From Acidimicrobiales bacterium (GTDB taxonomy: Bacteria; Actinomycetota; Acidimicrobiia; Acidimicrobiales; Aldehydirespiratoraceae), in NCBI GenBank assembly GCA_963422655.1, contig OY730440.1, positions 472,550 to 536,549 of the forward strand: DNA of 64,000 nucleotides, read 5' to 3'. The notes under the pieces were generated by a model. That model ran no database searches and was not told the origin of the DNA. It worked only from the letters and a program-made list of their open reading frames with translations. Shown in pieces: positions 30,780 to 41,038 of the stretch. Made by a program: the position numbers and the translations under genes. Numbering within the stretch: the stretch's first letter is position 1; each line of letters starts with the position of its first letter.

Positions 30780-31807
30780 CACTGCCCTGCCGAGCTGATC
30801 CCGGCGCCGTCCCTGGGCACTCGGGCCCGGCGCTGGCTGGTTCCGGCCTCGATAGCGATGGCAGGGCCGATGACGGACCCGTCGGTGATCCGAGCCCCGG
30901 CCCCGATCACGGCCCGCGCTCCGATGACGGATGCCTCGACCGCGGCCCCAGCGCCGACGACAGCTTCGGTCTGCACTGCTGCGCCCCGCACGACGGCGCC
31001 GGCCCCGATCGACGCACCGGCCATGACCACGCTGCGTTCCACCACGGCGCCGACACCGACGGTGGCCGTGGCCGCTACCGGTGGTGCAGAGCATCCGAGG
31101 GCGCCGTCGAGGAGATCGAGTTGGGCGGTCAGGTAAGCCTCCGGCGTGCCGATATCGATCCAGTACCCGTCGCCGCCGCAGGACCACAGAGCCCCATCGG
31201 CAACTAGCTCGGGGAACGTCTCGCGTTCGATCGACACCGGGCCGTCAGCAGCGACGCGCTCCAGCACCGAAGGGGCCAAGACGTAGACACCGGCGTTGAC
31301 CTGGTTGGAGGGAGCCTCACCGGCCCCAGGCTTCTCGATGAATGAAACCACCCGGCCGCCGTCATCGGCGACCACTGCGCCGTACCGGGAGGGGTTGTCC
31401 ACACCGACGAGCTGTATGGTCGCTTCGGCCCCGGCCCGGTGGTGGTAGTCCCATAGGGACCTGATGTCGAGATCGGTGAGCACGTCGCCGTTGACGGCCA
31501 CGAAGGTCTCGTCGAACCCGGCCGCAACAGCCGCGAAGCGGATGGCGCCAGCCGTGCCGAGCGGCTCGGGCTCCACCGCGTAGCTGAGCTCTACTCCGGC
31601 GCAGATACCGTCGGGATAGGCGGCCCGGAAGGCCTCGCCCCGGTAGCCCAACGCCAGCACGGCCGCATCGACGCCGTGACGGGCCAAGCCGGCCAAGACG
31701 TGTTCGATCATGGGTCGGTCCACCAGCGGGAGCATCTGCTTGGGTGTGGTCAGTGTCAAAGGTCGGAGCCGAGTCCCGAACCCGCCAGCCAGTACGACCG
31801 CCTTCAT
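30779..31807 (-). CDS. manC: Mannose-1-phosphate guanylyltransferase-type NDP-sugar pyrophosphorylase with C-terminal left-handed beta-helix
   Basis: MKAVVLAGGFGTRLRPLTLTTPKQMLP plus C-terminal hexapeptide-like repeats (GAGAVV.., GARAVIGAGA). 342 aa. Confidence 0.85.
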   Translation of the reverse strand: MKAVVLAGGFGTRLRPLTLTTPKQMLPLVDRPMIEHVLAGLARHGVDAAVLALGYRGEAFRAAYPDGICAGVELSYAVEPEPLGTAGAIRFAAVAAGFDETFVAVNGDVLTDLDIRSLWDYHHRAGAEATIQLVGVDNPSRYGAVVADDGGRVVSFIEKPGAGEAPSNQVNAGVYVLAPSVLERVAADGPVSIERETFPELVADGALWSCGGDGYWIDIGTPEAYLTAQLDLLDGALGCSAPPVAATATVGVGAVVERSVVMAGASIGAGAVVRGAAVQTEAVVGAGAAVEASVIGARAVIGAGARITDGSVIGPAIAIEAGTSQRRARVPRDGAGISSAGQ

Positions 31808-32673
31808 TCCCCCTCGCCCTGGTCATCACCAGAACCCTCGTCATCACCAGAACCCTCGTCATCACCAGAACCCTCGTCATCACCAGAACCCTCATCATCA
31901 CCAGAACCCTCGTCATCACCAGAACCGTCGGGAACGAACTGATCCTCGGGCTGGAGATCCCTCTCGGGTCCTTGCGAGATCAGCCCGAAGGAAGCCTGCC
32001 CGGCAGCCAGCAGCCGGTCTTCGGGCGGTAGCGGTATCTCGGCTCCGGCCGGAACCCGGGCGATCGTGAACGCCTCCCCGCCGCCGAGGAACCTGATGTC
32101 GTCGAAGTCCTGCGAGTACTCCTCGACCTCGCCGGTGTCAGAGTCGAACACCTCGAACCGCGCCACCCGGATGACAGTGGGTTCGCCGTTGCAGTCCGAG
32201 CCGGCCTCGAGCACACCGATACCGGGACCGCTGATCTCGTCCTCGGTTACTTTGACCCCCATCGACTCCAAGAAGACGCCGAGACGGGCGTTGTCCCCGG
32301 CGGCTGAGCTGTTGAACGGGTGGATGTGGATAACGCCGTCTTGGTGGGAATGGATGCCGTGGGGGTCGAACTGGCTGGTGAAGGGGGCCAAGAAGCGGTC
32401 GCAGTCGTAGACCCCGTAAGCCGAGTGCCAGTGATCGTTGCCCACCCGGGGAGCAGTCGGCGCCTCTCGGCTCTGGCGGGCCAGCCCCACCAAGACGATG
32501 CCGAGCACCATCACCAAGCCGACCACCAAGGGGAAGCCCATGGCCCGCCGCTCCTTGGCCCCTCGCGACGAAGCTGCGGCCCGGGCGGCCCGCTGGACTT
32601 TCTTGGACGAGCTAGCCGACGGCGTGCCGCCCGGCTTGGCGGAAGAACCCTTCGATGAACCCGATCTGGCCAC
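31804..32673 (-). CDS. Membrane-anchored His-motif protein with acidic (GSGDDE)n C-terminal tail; function unknown
   Basis: A basic N-terminus is followed by the TM FPLVVGLVMVLGIVLVGL. Then come HWHSAYGVYDCDRF...DPHGIHSHQDGVIHIHPF and a C-terminal DGSGDDEGSGDDE... tail. The stop overlaps the manC ATG (ATGA). Confidence 0.7.
   Translation of the reverse strand: MARSGSSKGSSAKPGGTPSASSSKKVQRAARAAASSRGAKERRAMGFPLVVGLVMVLGIVLVGLARQSREAPTAPRVGNDHWHSAYGVYDCDRFLAPFTSQFDPHGIHSHQDGVIHIHPFNSSAAGDNARLGVFLESMGVKVTEDEISGPGIGVLEAGSDCNGEPTVIRVARFEVFDSDTGEVEEYSQDFDDIRFLGGGEAFTIARVPAGAEIPLPPEDRLLAAGQASFGLISQGPERDLQPEDQFVPDGSGDDEGSGDDEGSGDDEGSGDDEGSGDDEGSGDDQGEGE
31823..31927 (-). repeat. 18-bp tandem repeat, about 5.8 copies (coding, GSGDDE)
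   Basis: The unit tcatcaccagaaccctcg starts at 31823, 31841, 31859, 31877 (1 variant), 31895 and 31913 (partial). Confidence 0.95.
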
Positions 32674-32684
32674 GATATGCTACG

Positions 32685-33938
32685 CTACCGCTTCAGGCCG
32701 TCGGGGCGACGGGTCTCGGCCAGCTCGGCGAACAGAGCCACGTAAGCGGCGGCTACTTCGGCCGGGGTCACCCACGACTCGACGAAGGCTCGACCCCTCT
32801 CCCCCATGGCTTTGCGCCGCTGCGGATCGTCGATCAGCGACCCCAGGCCCGACACGAAGTCGCGGGCGTCTTCGGGGGCGGTGGGCAGGCCGCTACCGGC
32901 CGCTTCCAGCAAGCGCGGTATCTCAGTTCCGGGATCGACCGATGCCACCACCGGTCGGCTCGCAGCCAGTATCGAGAACAGCTTGGAAGGAACGCTGGCC
33001 CGGGCCAGGCCCCGCCGGAGCGCGATCACGTGGATATCGGCCGATGCCAGCACCTCGCTCAGCCGGGCGGGAGGCTGGAAGTCGACCAGGACAAGGTTGT
33101 CGAGGCCGGCCGCGGCGGCTTCGAGGGTGGGCCGAGCCGATCCGGCGCCGTTGACCACGAACACCACGTCGTCGCGGCCCCGGTAGGCCCGGGCCGCGTC
33201 CACCATCAGATCCAAGGGCTGGGAGAAGCCGATATTGCCGGCGTACATCACTACGGTGCGGTCACCGAGCCCGTGTTCGACCCGGTAGCGGGTATGGCGG
33301 CCCATGGGCTCGATGCGATCTACGTCGGCAAAATTGGGGATGACCCGAACAGTTGGTTTCGGGCCCGGACCGAGCTTGGCTGCCACGTTGGCTCGCTGGT
33401 CCTCGGAGAGGACGGTGACGGCGTCGACCCGGCGGTACACCCAGCTCTCGAGCCGGCGGGCGGCCGTGATGAGTCGGGAGTCGGTGATGGCACCGACCTC
33501 GATGGCGGCGTCGGGAAAGATGTCCTGAAGGTTCAGCACTACCGGAACCCGGCGTTGCCGGGCTGCCAGCCCGCCGGCCACGGCCAGGGTGAGCGGCGGT
33601 GACATGGCCAGAACCCCGTCGAACCGGTTCCGCTCACCCATCGCGGCCGCTAGGACCAAGCCGGCGAATCCGGTGAAGGCCAGGGCTCGGACCCCGATGC
33701 CGGTCCTGGTCGTCGGGAAGGGGTGGATACGGGTCACCCGGCCCCAGCCTGTCGTCTGGCGCCGCACCAGACGGCCCTCCCAGCCCGGGACGATTCGGTG
33801 GTGCTCGTACCAGGGCAGCGAGGTGACGACGTGGAGCTGGTGTCCGGCTCGCGCCAGCTCGTCACCGATGGCGGTCATGACGATCCCGGTGGGAGCCACA
33901 TCGGGCTCGTAATGGGGGCAGATCACCAGCAGTCGCAT
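32685..33938 (-). CDS. GT4 glycosyltransferase
   Basis: MRLLVICPHYEPDVAPTG start, C-terminal GT-B region ...ASVPSKLFSILAASRPVVASV. ATG 33938 shares 1 nt with the upstream stop. The 238-aa N-terminal extension in the ORF track is Arg/Pro-rich overlap. Confidence 0.85.
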   Translation of the reverse strand: MRLLVICPHYEPDVAPTGIVMTAIGDELARAGHQLHVVTSLPWYEHHRIVPGWEGRLVRRQTTGWGRVTRIHPFPTTRTGIGVRALAFTGFAGLVLAAAMGERNRFDGVLAMSPPLTLAVAGGLAARQRRVPVVLNLQDIFPDAAIEVGAITDSRLITAARRLESWVYRRVDAVTVLSEDQRANVAAKLGPGPKPTVRVIPNFADVDRIEPMGRHTRYRVEHGLGDRTVVMYAGNIGFSQPLDLMVDAARAYRGRDDVVFVVNGAGSARPTLEAAAAGLDNLVLVDFQPPARLSEVLASADIHVIALRRGLARASVPSKLFSILAASRPVVASVDPGTEIPRLLEAAGSGLPTAPEDARDFVSGLGSLIDDPQRRKAMGERGRAFVESWVTPAEVAAAYVALFAELAETRRPDGLKR

Positions 33939-35074
33939 CAGCTCGTAGCGGCTACGGCCCGCAGCCAGCCCTCCACGAGACGGGCCGCGGCTCGCGGGGG
34001 GGCGTACCGCTCGGCCCGAACCCGGCCTCGGTGAACCCGGTACCGGGTCTCCGGCGATCCGGCCAGCACTTCGCTCAGGGCCCGAACCCAGCCGTCGAGA
34101 TCGTCGGGGTCGACCAGCGTTCCGGCGTTGCCCACCACCTCGGGCAGAGCGGTGGCCCGGGCTACCACCACTGGGGTTCCGACCTGCATGGCTTCCAGCA
34201 CCGGGAGCCCGAATCCTTCGTAGCGGGAGGGGAAAGCTACCGCGGCAGCAGCCGAGATCAGCCGGTCGAGCCGAGCCGAAGACACTCGCCCCAGGTGGAC
34301 CACTCCCGGGGCACGGTCGACCAACCCGGTGACATGGGCGTGGGCCCGGCCGGCGCCACCGGTGAGGACAAGGTGCATGTCCCGATGGCGTCGGCGGAGG
34401 AGCCGATGGGCTGCGATCAAGACGTCGTGGTTCTTGTGAGGGTGGGTGACGGCGGGGTAGAGCACGAAAGGCCGGTCCTTGCCATCGTAAGCGGCCCGGT
34501 CGCCTGGGTCCTGATTGCCAGCGGCTCGGCTGCCGCCACCATGGGTCGTCGCGTAAGTGGACGGAACGACGCTGACCCGTTCGGGGGCCACCCCGAAACG
34601 GTCGATGACCCGGTCGGCCATCCAGCGAGACGGGGTCATGACCAGCCGGCATCGCCCGACGCTGCGAGGCACGACCCGATCCAGGTAGCGACGTTTCAAC
34701 GCCGAGAAGTTACCGGGAAGATCGAAGGACTGGATGTCGTGAACAGCCACTGTCGCTGGAGTCGGCGACCGCTCGGGCAGCCGGCCTCCGAAATGGTGGA
34801 CCAAGTCGAACCCGGCGGAACGCCGGGCCAGCCAGGTCGACTCCAGTACCACCCGCACCGACCGCCGCCGACCGCCGTAGCCAGCCTCGTGACACCTGAA
34901 GGCGGCCAGTTCCGGGTGAGCTGTCACCGTGCCCCGCAGGGCCGCTACCTCCACCTCGATCCCGGTCGGCGCAGCGTCCGCCACCGCGGCCAGGAGCCGG
35001 GACGCATACTCCTCGCTGCCTCCCACATCGCCCGGCACCAGCCAGCACAGGTTGGCCAGCACCCTCACAGTCAC
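33938..35074 (-). CDS. GT4 glycosyltransferase
   Basis: VAFPSRYEGFGLPVLEAMQVGTPVV (EX7E motif). GTG 35074 overlaps the upstream TGA (GTGA). Confidence 0.85.
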   Translation of the reverse strand: MTVRVLANLCWLVPGDVGGSEEYASRLLAAVADAAPTGIEVEVAALRGTVTAHPELAAFRCHEAGYGGRRRSVRVVLESTWLARRSAGFDLVHHFGGRLPERSPTPATVAVHDIQSFDLPGNFSALKRRYLDRVVPRSVGRCRLVMTPSRWMADRVIDRFGVAPERVSVVPSTYATTHGGGSRAAGNQDPGDRAAYDGKDRPFVLYPAVTHPHKNHDVLIAAHRLLRRRHRDMHLVLTGGAGRAHAHVTGLVDRAPGVVHLGRVSSARLDRLISAAAAVAFPSRYEGFGLPVLEAMQVGTPVVVARATALPEVVGNAGTLVDPDDLDGWVRALSEVLAGSPETRYRVHRGRVRAERYAPPRAAARLVEGWLRAVAATS

Positions 35075-36165
35075 GAGCAAGCATCCTCGTAAGCGGCCCG
35101 CACACCGGCCGCGGTGGCAGCCCAACTGAACTGGCGGGAACGGGTCAGAGCTCTCGCCGACCGGCGGGCATGCTCGGCGTCGTCACCCATGACCCGATCT
35201 ATGGCATCAGCCAAGGCCTCGGTGTCGGTGGGATCGACGAGACCGTCCGGATCGTCGCAGATCTCGGCAGTGGCTGTCTTCGAGCTGGTAACCACCGGCG
35301 TGCCTTGGGCCATGGCTTCCAGCACGGGCAGGCCGAACCCCTCCAGCAGGCTCGGAAACACGAAGAGGCGGGCCGAGGCGTACAACCCGGCCAAGTCCCG
35401 GTCGGGAACGGGGCCCAGGCGCAGAACTTCGTGGTCGGTGGCCGCGAGCAGGGCACCCAGATCCACACCCCAACCGTCGGGTCCCACCATGACCAGCGGC
35501 GCTTCGGTGGCAGCGCGCTCCAAGGCGGCCAGCAGGCCGGCGAGATTCTTGCGGGGCTCTACGGTGCCGACCCAGAGCACGAACGGCTCCGGCAACCGAT
35601 ACAGAGCCCGGACCCGCACCACCTCGGCATCGTCGGCCGCAGTGGCAGTCACACCCAGGGGCACTACCCGGATCCGGTCGGGATCGACACCACCGGCCCC
35701 ACAATCGGCGGCGGTGGTGTGGGAGGGCACCACCACCACGTCGGCCTCGGTCCGGGCCAGTTCGAAAGCTCGGTCGAAGAAACGGACCCCTCGCCTGGTG
35801 AAGTGGCCGGGCCGGTGCCGGAAGGCCAGGTCGTGCACGGTCACCACCAGCGCAGCCGGCCCCGGCGGCGGGATGACCCCGCCGGTGGCATGCACGACAT
35901 CTACGGGTCCGATCCGGCGCGCCAGGCGAGGGCGGCGCAGGTAATGCCAAGCGTCGTACAGGAGGGGCCGAGGCAGCCCCATCGCCCGAACCGGGACCGG
36001 CGGTCGCACATCGGGGGGTGGGGTTCGCCGGTGCCGGGCCGAAACACCGACGACTTCGACGTCGTCGCGCTCGGCCAGCGCCGCCAGAGTACGAACCACC
36101 GAGACGGCGGTACCGCCCGGCACCGCATGCCAGCATTGCTCGACGACGGCGGCCACCCGAAGCAC
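35071..36165 (-). CDS. GT4 glycosyltransferase
   Basis: FVFPSLLEGFGLPVLEAMAQGTPVVTS (EX7E). 364 aa. Confidence 0.85.
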   Translation of the reverse strand: MLRVAAVVEQCWHAVPGGTAVSVVRTLAALAERDDVEVVGVSARHRRTPPPDVRPPVPVRAMGLPRPLLYDAWHYLRRPRLARRIGPVDVVHATGGVIPPPGPAALVVTVHDLAFRHRPGHFTRRGVRFFDRAFELARTEADVVVVPSHTTAADCGAGGVDPDRIRVVPLGVTATAADDAEVVRVRALYRLPEPFVLWVGTVEPRKNLAGLLAALERAATEAPLVMVGPDGWGVDLGALLAATDHEVLRLGPVPDRDLAGLYASARLFVFPSLLEGFGLPVLEAMAQGTPVVTSSKTATAEICDDPDGLVDPTDTEALADAIDRVMGDDAEHARRSARALTRSRQFSWAATAAGVRAAYEDACS

Positions 36166-36234
36166 AACCTGCAGTTTCGCATGTCACCGGTCCGATCGGT
36201 GTAACGGCCTGCCGGTCGGTACGATCCACCACCG

Positions 36235-37194
36235 ATGGGGGCTCTCGACCGGCAACGGATTTTCGTCACCGGAGCCGGCGGTTTCCTGGGTCGGGCTGTC
36301 ATCGAAGCCTTGGGGCGACGGGCAGTCGGCGACATCGTGGCCCCGTCCAGCCAAGAGGTCGACCTGCTGGACGAGACGGCGGCCTTCGAGGCCATAGCCT
36401 CCGCCGCTCCCGACGTCGTCATCCACCTCGCGGCCCGGGTCGGCGGCATCGGAGCCAACCAGGCCCGACCGGCCGAGCTGTACCTGCAGAACCTGATGCT
36501 GGGCACCAACGTGATCGAGGCGGCCCGGGCCGCGGGGGTGGCCAAGACGGTAGTGGTCGGAACCATCTGCTCGTACCCCAAGGACACGCCCGTGCCCTTC
36601 CGGGAGAGCTCCCTGTGGCAAGGCTTCCCGGAGGAAACCAACGCACCCTACGGCATCGCCAAGCTGGCCCAGCTCGTCCACCTCCGCGCCAACCGGGCCC
36701 AGTACGGCCAGCGAAGCGCCTACGTGATGCCCACCAACATCTACGGCCCGGGCGACAAGTTCCATCCCGACGTGAGCCACGTGATCCCGGCCCTGATCCG
36801 AAAGTGCGTCCTGGCCGGCAAGGCCGGCGCCGACCATGTGATCGTCTGGGGTTCGGGAAGAGCCAGCCGAGAGTTCCTCTACGTGGACGACGCCGCCGAG
36901 GGGATCGTGACCGCGGCCGAGCACTACGACGGCGAAGAACCCGTCAACCTCGGCGCCGACCAGGAACTGGCCATCTCCGAGCTGGTCGGGATAATCGCCG
37001 AGCTCACCGGGTTTCACGGCGAGATCCGCTGGGACACCTCCCGGCCCGACGGCCAGCCCCGGCGGGGCGTGGATTCCAGCCGGGCCCGGGAGCTGTTCGG
37101 CTTCGAGGCCCGAACTGATCTGAGAGAGGGACTGGCCCGCACTGTCGAGTGGTACCTGAGCCATCGGCGCGAAGCCGAGGCCCGCCGCCGCTGA
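36235..37194 (+). CDS. fcl: GDP-L-fucose synthase (GDP-4-keto-6-deoxymannose 3,5-epimerase/4-reductase)
   Basis: IFVTGAGGFLG, HLAARVGGIGAN, CSYPKDTPVPFRE, NAPYGIAKL, MPTNIYGPGDKFHPDVSHVIPALI, WGSGRASREFLYVDD. Confidence 0.85.
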   Translation: MGALDRQRIFVTGAGGFLGRAVIEALGRRAVGDIVAPSSQEVDLLDETAAFEAIASAAPDVVIHLAARVGGIGANQARPAELYLQNLMLGTNVIEAARAAGVAKTVVVGTICSYPKDTPVPFRESSLWQGFPEETNAPYGIAKLAQLVHLRANRAQYGQRSAYVMPTNIYGPGDKFHPDVSHVIPALIRKCVLAGKAGADHVIVWGSGRASREFLYVDDAAEGIVTAAEHYDGEEPVNLGADQELAISELVGIIAELTGFHGEIRWDTSRPDGQPRRGVDSSRARELFGFEARTDLREGLARTVEWYLSHRREAEARRR

Positions 37195-37209
37195 CCGGGC
37201 AGTCGGCCG

Positions 37210-38145
37210 TCACAACTGGTCTGCGAACCACTCCACTGTTCGCTCCAAGCCGGAGCGCAGCCCGATCTCGGGCTCCCACCCCAGCACACGGCGGGCCCGG
37301 TCGATGTCGGGACAGCGCCGGACCGGGTCGTCGGAAGGAGAATCGCGGTGCTCGATCGGCGACGAGGACCCGGTCAAGTCCAGAACCAGATCGGCCAACT
37401 GCAAGACCGTCACCTCGTCGGGGTTACCGATGTTGACCGGGTCGTGAACACCGCTGTCGAGCAGAGCCAGCAACCCTCTGATCTGATCGTCGACGTAGCA
37501 GAAGCTGCGGGTCTGGGTTCCGTCGCCGTAGATGGTGAGGGGCCGGCCCAGCAGCGCCTGCACCACGAAGTTGGACACCACCCTCCCGTCGTCGGGTCGC
37601 ATCCTTGGTCCGTAGGTGTTGAAGACCCGAACGATGCAGGTGTCCAAGCCGTGATACCGGTGGTAGGCCATGGTCATGGCCTCGGCGAACCGTTTGGCTT
37701 CGTCGTACACGCCTCGAGGTCCCACCGGATCGACGTGGCCCCAGTACGACTCGGACTGGGGATGTCGGCGCGGGTCGCCGTAGATCTCGCTGGTCGACGC
37801 CAGCAGAAAGGTAGCACCCTTGCGCCGGGCCAAGCCGAGGCCGTTGTGGGTGCCCAGGCTGCCGACCTTGAGGGTCTGAATGGGCATCTTGAGATAATCG
37901 GCCGGCGAGGCCGGGCTGGCGAAATGCAAGATGGCGTCCACCGGCCCGTCGATGTCGACGAAAGTCGACACGTCGTGGTTCACGAAGGCGAATCCCGCTC
38001 GGTCGGCCAAGCCGGAAATATTGCCGAAGGCGCCAGTGATGAGGTTGTCGATGCAGACGACCTCGTCGCCCCGGTCGAGCAGGCGCTCACACAGGTAGGA
38101 CCCGATGAAGCCGGCGCCGCCGGTGACCACGACCCGAGCCATCAA
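37210..38145 (-). CDS. uxs: UDP-glucuronate decarboxylase (UDP-xylose synthase)
   Basis: [63 protein letters not shown]. 311 aa. Confidence 0.85.
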   Translation of the reverse strand: MMARVVVTGGAGFIGSYLCERLLDRGDEVVCIDNLITGAFGNISGLADRAGFAFVNHDVSTFVDIDGPVDAILHFASPASPADYLKMPIQTLKVGSLGTHNGLGLARRKGATFLLASTSEIYGDPRRHPQSESYWGHVDPVGPRGVYDEAKRFAEAMTMAYHRYHGLDTCIVRVFNTYGPRMRPDDGRVVSNFVVQALLGRPLTIYGDGTQTRSFCYVDDQIRGLLALLDSGVHDPVNIGNPDEVTVLQLADLVLDLTGSSSPIEHRDSPSDDPVRRCPDIDRARRVLGWEPEIGLRSGLERTVEWFADQL

Positions 38146-38152
38146 ACCCCTC

Positions 38153-39436
38153 TCAAGCTCGGCCGGTTCCCTGGTAGGTGAAACCGCGGCTCGACCAGGC
38201 TTGGTGGTCGAAGAGGTTGCGGGTGTCGATCACATGGCGCTCGGCCATCACCTCAGCCATGCGGGCCGGGTCGAGAGACGCCAGCTCGGGCCATTCGGTA
38301 GCCACTACGAGGGCCTGGGCGTCCCGGCCGGCAGTGTAAGGATCCCCCACGACGATCACGCCGGGTTCCTCGCAGTTGGTGACCACCGGGTCGTAGGCCC
38401 GGACTCGGGCGCCGGACGCAACCAGCCGCCGGGCGATCTCGAGGGCGGGAGAAGCACGGATGTCGTCGGTGCCAGCCTTGAAGGCCAAACCCAGAAGGGC
38501 GATCCGGGCCCCGTCGAGGGCGACTTTGCTGGCTACCTTGGCCACCACCCGGTCGAATTGGTCATCGTTTTGGGCCAGAGCGCTTTCCAGGAGCGAGAAG
38601 TCGTACCCGGCACTGACGGCCAGGCTCATCAAGGCCCGGGTGTCCTTGGGCAGGCACGACCCGCCCCAGCCCGGGCCGGGGCGAAGGTACTCGGCGCCGA
38701 TGCGAGGATCGAGGCTGATGCCTTCGATCACGGTGTCGGTGTCGGCTCCCAGGATCTCACAGAGCGTGGCCACGGAATTGGCGAAGCTCAACTTAAGGGC
38801 CAGGAAGGCGTTGGCTGCGTACTTGGTCAGCTCGGCCGTAGCTGGGTCGGTCACCAGGATCGGGGCGTCGAGGGATTCGTACAGGGCCGCCACCCGCCAG
38901 CCCTGGTCGAGGTCGCGGGCGCCTATCACCACCCGATCCGGGTTCAGGAAGTCGGCCACGGCCGTGCCCTCCCGCAGGAACTCAGGGTTGGCCACCACCG
39001 TCACATCGGGCCTATCGAGCGCTTCGGACACCACCGAAGCGCCGCCCACCGGCACCGTGGACTTGGTGACGACCACCGTGCCGGGCTCGAGATGGGGGCC
39101 GATCTGCTCCGCCGCCGCCGCCACGTAGTCGAGATCGACCGACCCGTCGGCTCGGCTGGGGGTGGGGACGCACAGGAACACGAATCCGGCGCCGACAACG
39201 GCCGAGGCCGATCGGGTCTTGAACGACAGCCGTCGGGAGTCGAGGCCGCGGCGTATCACCTCGGCCAAGCCCTCTTCGTGAAAAGGAACCCGTCCCTTGC
39301 CGAGCTGGGCGATCCGGGCCTCGTCGATATCGGCGCAAACGACTCGATGGCCCATTTGGGCCAGGCAGGCCCCGGTGGTGAGCCCCACGTACCCGGCGCC
39401 GATGACGCCGATCCGGGCCGGTTCGCTCACCCGCAT
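38153..39436 (-). CDS. ugd: UDP-glucose 6-dehydrogenase
   Basis: [34 protein letters not shown], catalytic [26 protein letters not shown] 39436 overlaps the LCP 3' end by 10 nt. Confidence 0.9.
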   Translation of the reverse strand: MRVSEPARIGVIGAGYVGLTTGACLAQMGHRVVCADIDEARIAQLGKGRVPFHEEGLAEVIRRGLDSRRLSFKTRSASAVVGAGFVFLCVPTPSRADGSVDLDYVAAAAEQIGPHLEPGTVVVTKSTVPVGGASVVSEALDRPDVTVVANPEFLREGTAVADFLNPDRVVIGARDLDQGWRVAALYESLDAPILVTDPATAELTKYAANAFLALKLSFANSVATLCEILGADTDTVIEGISLDPRIGAEYLRPGPGWGGSCLPKDTRALMSLAVSAGYDFSLLESALAQNDDQFDRVVAKVASKVALDGARIALLGLAFKAGTDDIRASPALEIARRLVASGARVRAYDPVVTNCEEPGVIVVGDPYTAGRDAQALVVATEWPELASLDPARMAEVMAERHVIDTRNLFDHQAWSSRGFTYQGTGRA

Positions 39437-40977
39437 GACTCGCTTTGGGGAGCTCGACCCGAGATGACCACCGCCGAGGTCGTGGGAGGGGGTGGAGGTG
39501 ACGTGGCAGTCACCCCGGGAGCCGAACCGAGCCGGGTCGGGGTCTGCGACGGTGGACCCTTGGCGGCCAGGGCCGCCTCCAGATCGCCGTAGGGAGTCTG
39601 GAACAGGAACAGGATACCCCGGTAGTCCTGACCGAGAGCGACGGTGACCCCCGTCATTTCCTCGACCTCCATCACATAGGGAATCGGATCGATGAATCTG
39701 GCTGTCAGAAGAGCCGCGGCCCGGTCGCCGGGACCGTGCATCACCATCGTTTCGGGCAGGGGTGAATCCAGCTCGAACTGGTCGGAGACGACGAAATCTT
39801 CGCTGGTCAGCACCGTGGCGGCATCGGCCAGATCGTCGGCATCGGCCCCGGCCAGCGACAGCGCAACCTCCAACGGTCGTACGGAGTCGGTCGTCCCCCG
39901 GAATACGTCCAGCACCGGCTCGTTCACCCCTTTTACCACCGCTTCCCCCTGGTAGGTGCCGTCGGTCCGGGTCAGGGTATAGAGCTGGAGGTTGTAGCGA
40001 TGGAGGTTGTCGGGGTTGAAATCGCTGAACGACTGCCCGAAGTCGATCAGCTCGGCCAGGGTGAGGTCCACGTCCAAGCGCACGCTGCCGGCTCCGGCCT
40101 CGAGCAGGGAGGCCAGGGTGGACGGGCTGCGAGCGCCGCGGTCGATGGCCCGATCCAGAGCCAGGACCAAGAAGTCCTGCTGGCGCTCGATCCTCCGGAA
40201 GTCGTCCCCCCCGGTCGTGACCCACCGGCCGTCGATCTGCTCTTGGTACCGGCGGCCCCGCACGTACTGGAGCGACTGCACGCCGTCGAGCACGTGGCAA
40301 CCCGGCGTCAAGATGTTGAGCCCGGACCCGAGATCGCGGGCCGGGTGAGGGAACCACACCGGAACGCCGCCCAGAGCATCGACGACTCCGCGGAACCCCA
40401 GGAAGTCGATCTGCACGTAGTGGTTGATCTCCACGTCGAAAGTCGTGCTCACCGTCTCGACCAGCAGTTCAGGTCCGCCGATCCACAACGACGACGTGAT
40501 CTTGTTGTCGATGGCGCCCGGTATGTCCACCCACAGATCTCTGGGAATCGACATCACCCAGGCCGACCCCGACACCGGATCGAGTCGCAACAACATGATG
40601 GCGTCGGCCAGGCTCCGGCCTTTCTCGTCTACTTCCCGGTCGATCAGCACCGGGTCGCCCGGATCGAGCCCTCGAGCGCTGTCGGTACCGACCAGCAAGA
40701 AGTTCACCGGTTCTCCCGGCGCGGTCCCGGTCCGCAGGATCGGCTGTCCGTCGTAACGGCGTCCGGTGAACTCGATCCTCTCGATCACCTCCTCGGTCCT
40801 GCTGTAGAAGGTGTCGACGAATAAAGCTGCCGTCACCGCCCCCGCGATCACGGCCAGACACATGACAGCCACGAGACGTTGCGGCCATGTGCGCCGCAGC
40901 ACTACTTCGGCTCGATTGGTCGCGGCTCGGTCAGTCACGCGGCCAGCGTATGACACTACGCCTTCGTATCGGCTCAT
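39427..40977 (-). CDS. LCP family (LytR-CpsA-Psr) glycopolymer ligase with C-terminal LytR_C-like domain
   Basis: N-terminal TM, NFLLVGTDSAR, RSLADAIMLLRLDP, SIPRDLWVDIPG. 516 aa. Confidence 0.88.
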   Translation of the reverse strand: MSRYEGVVSYAGRVTDRAATNRAEVVLRRTWPQRLVAVMCLAVIAGAVTAALFVDTFYSRTEEVIERIEFTGRRYDGQPILRTGTAPGEPVNFLLVGTDSARGLDPGDPVLIDREVDEKGRSLADAIMLLRLDPVSGSAWVMSIPRDLWVDIPGAIDNKITSSLWIGGPELLVETVSTTFDVEINHYVQIDFLGFRGVVDALGGVPVWFPHPARDLGSGLNILTPGCHVLDGVQSLQYVRGRRYQEQIDGRWVTTGGDDFRRIERQQDFLVLALDRAIDRGARSPSTLASLLEAGAGSVRLDVDLTLAELIDFGQSFSDFNPDNLHRYNLQLYTLTRTDGTYQGEAVVKGVNEPVLDVFRGTTDSVRPLEVALSLAGADADDLADAATVLTSEDFVVSDQFELDSPLPETMVMHGPGDRAAALLTARFIDPIPYVMEVEEMTGVTVALGQDYRGILFLFQTPYGDLEAALAAKGPPSQTPTRLGSAPGVTATSPPPPPTTSAVVISGRAPQSESCG

Positions 40978-41038
40978 CCGTCGCTATGTCCATAGCTTGC
41001 GGGTCTACGGAGACTTCTCGAGTCTATCGGTTTCGGGC

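Noticed and set aside
29727-31187. The 486-aa version of the galE ORF
   Set aside because: The upstream 135 aa are Arg-rich and overlap manC out of frame. GalE starts at MATLVTGGAGYVG.
31823-31927. A tandem repeat considered as a CRISPR-like array (also 56673-57190 and 61241-63427)
   Set aside because: The repeats are contiguous with no unique spacers, in frame, and encode recognisable peptide repeats. No cas genes are present.
33939-34652. A 238-aa N-terminal extension of the GT4 ORF 32685..34652
   Set aside because: It is Arg/Pro/Gly-rich and overlaps the upstream GT4 gene out of frame. The GT4 domain begins at MRLLVICPHYEP, whose ATG shares 1 nt with the upstream stop.
39437-40357. An N-terminal extension of the ugd ORF (734-aa version)
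   Set aside because: It overlaps the LCP gene in another frame and has off-frame composition. The Rossmann fold starts at [12 protein letters not shown], right after ATG 39436.
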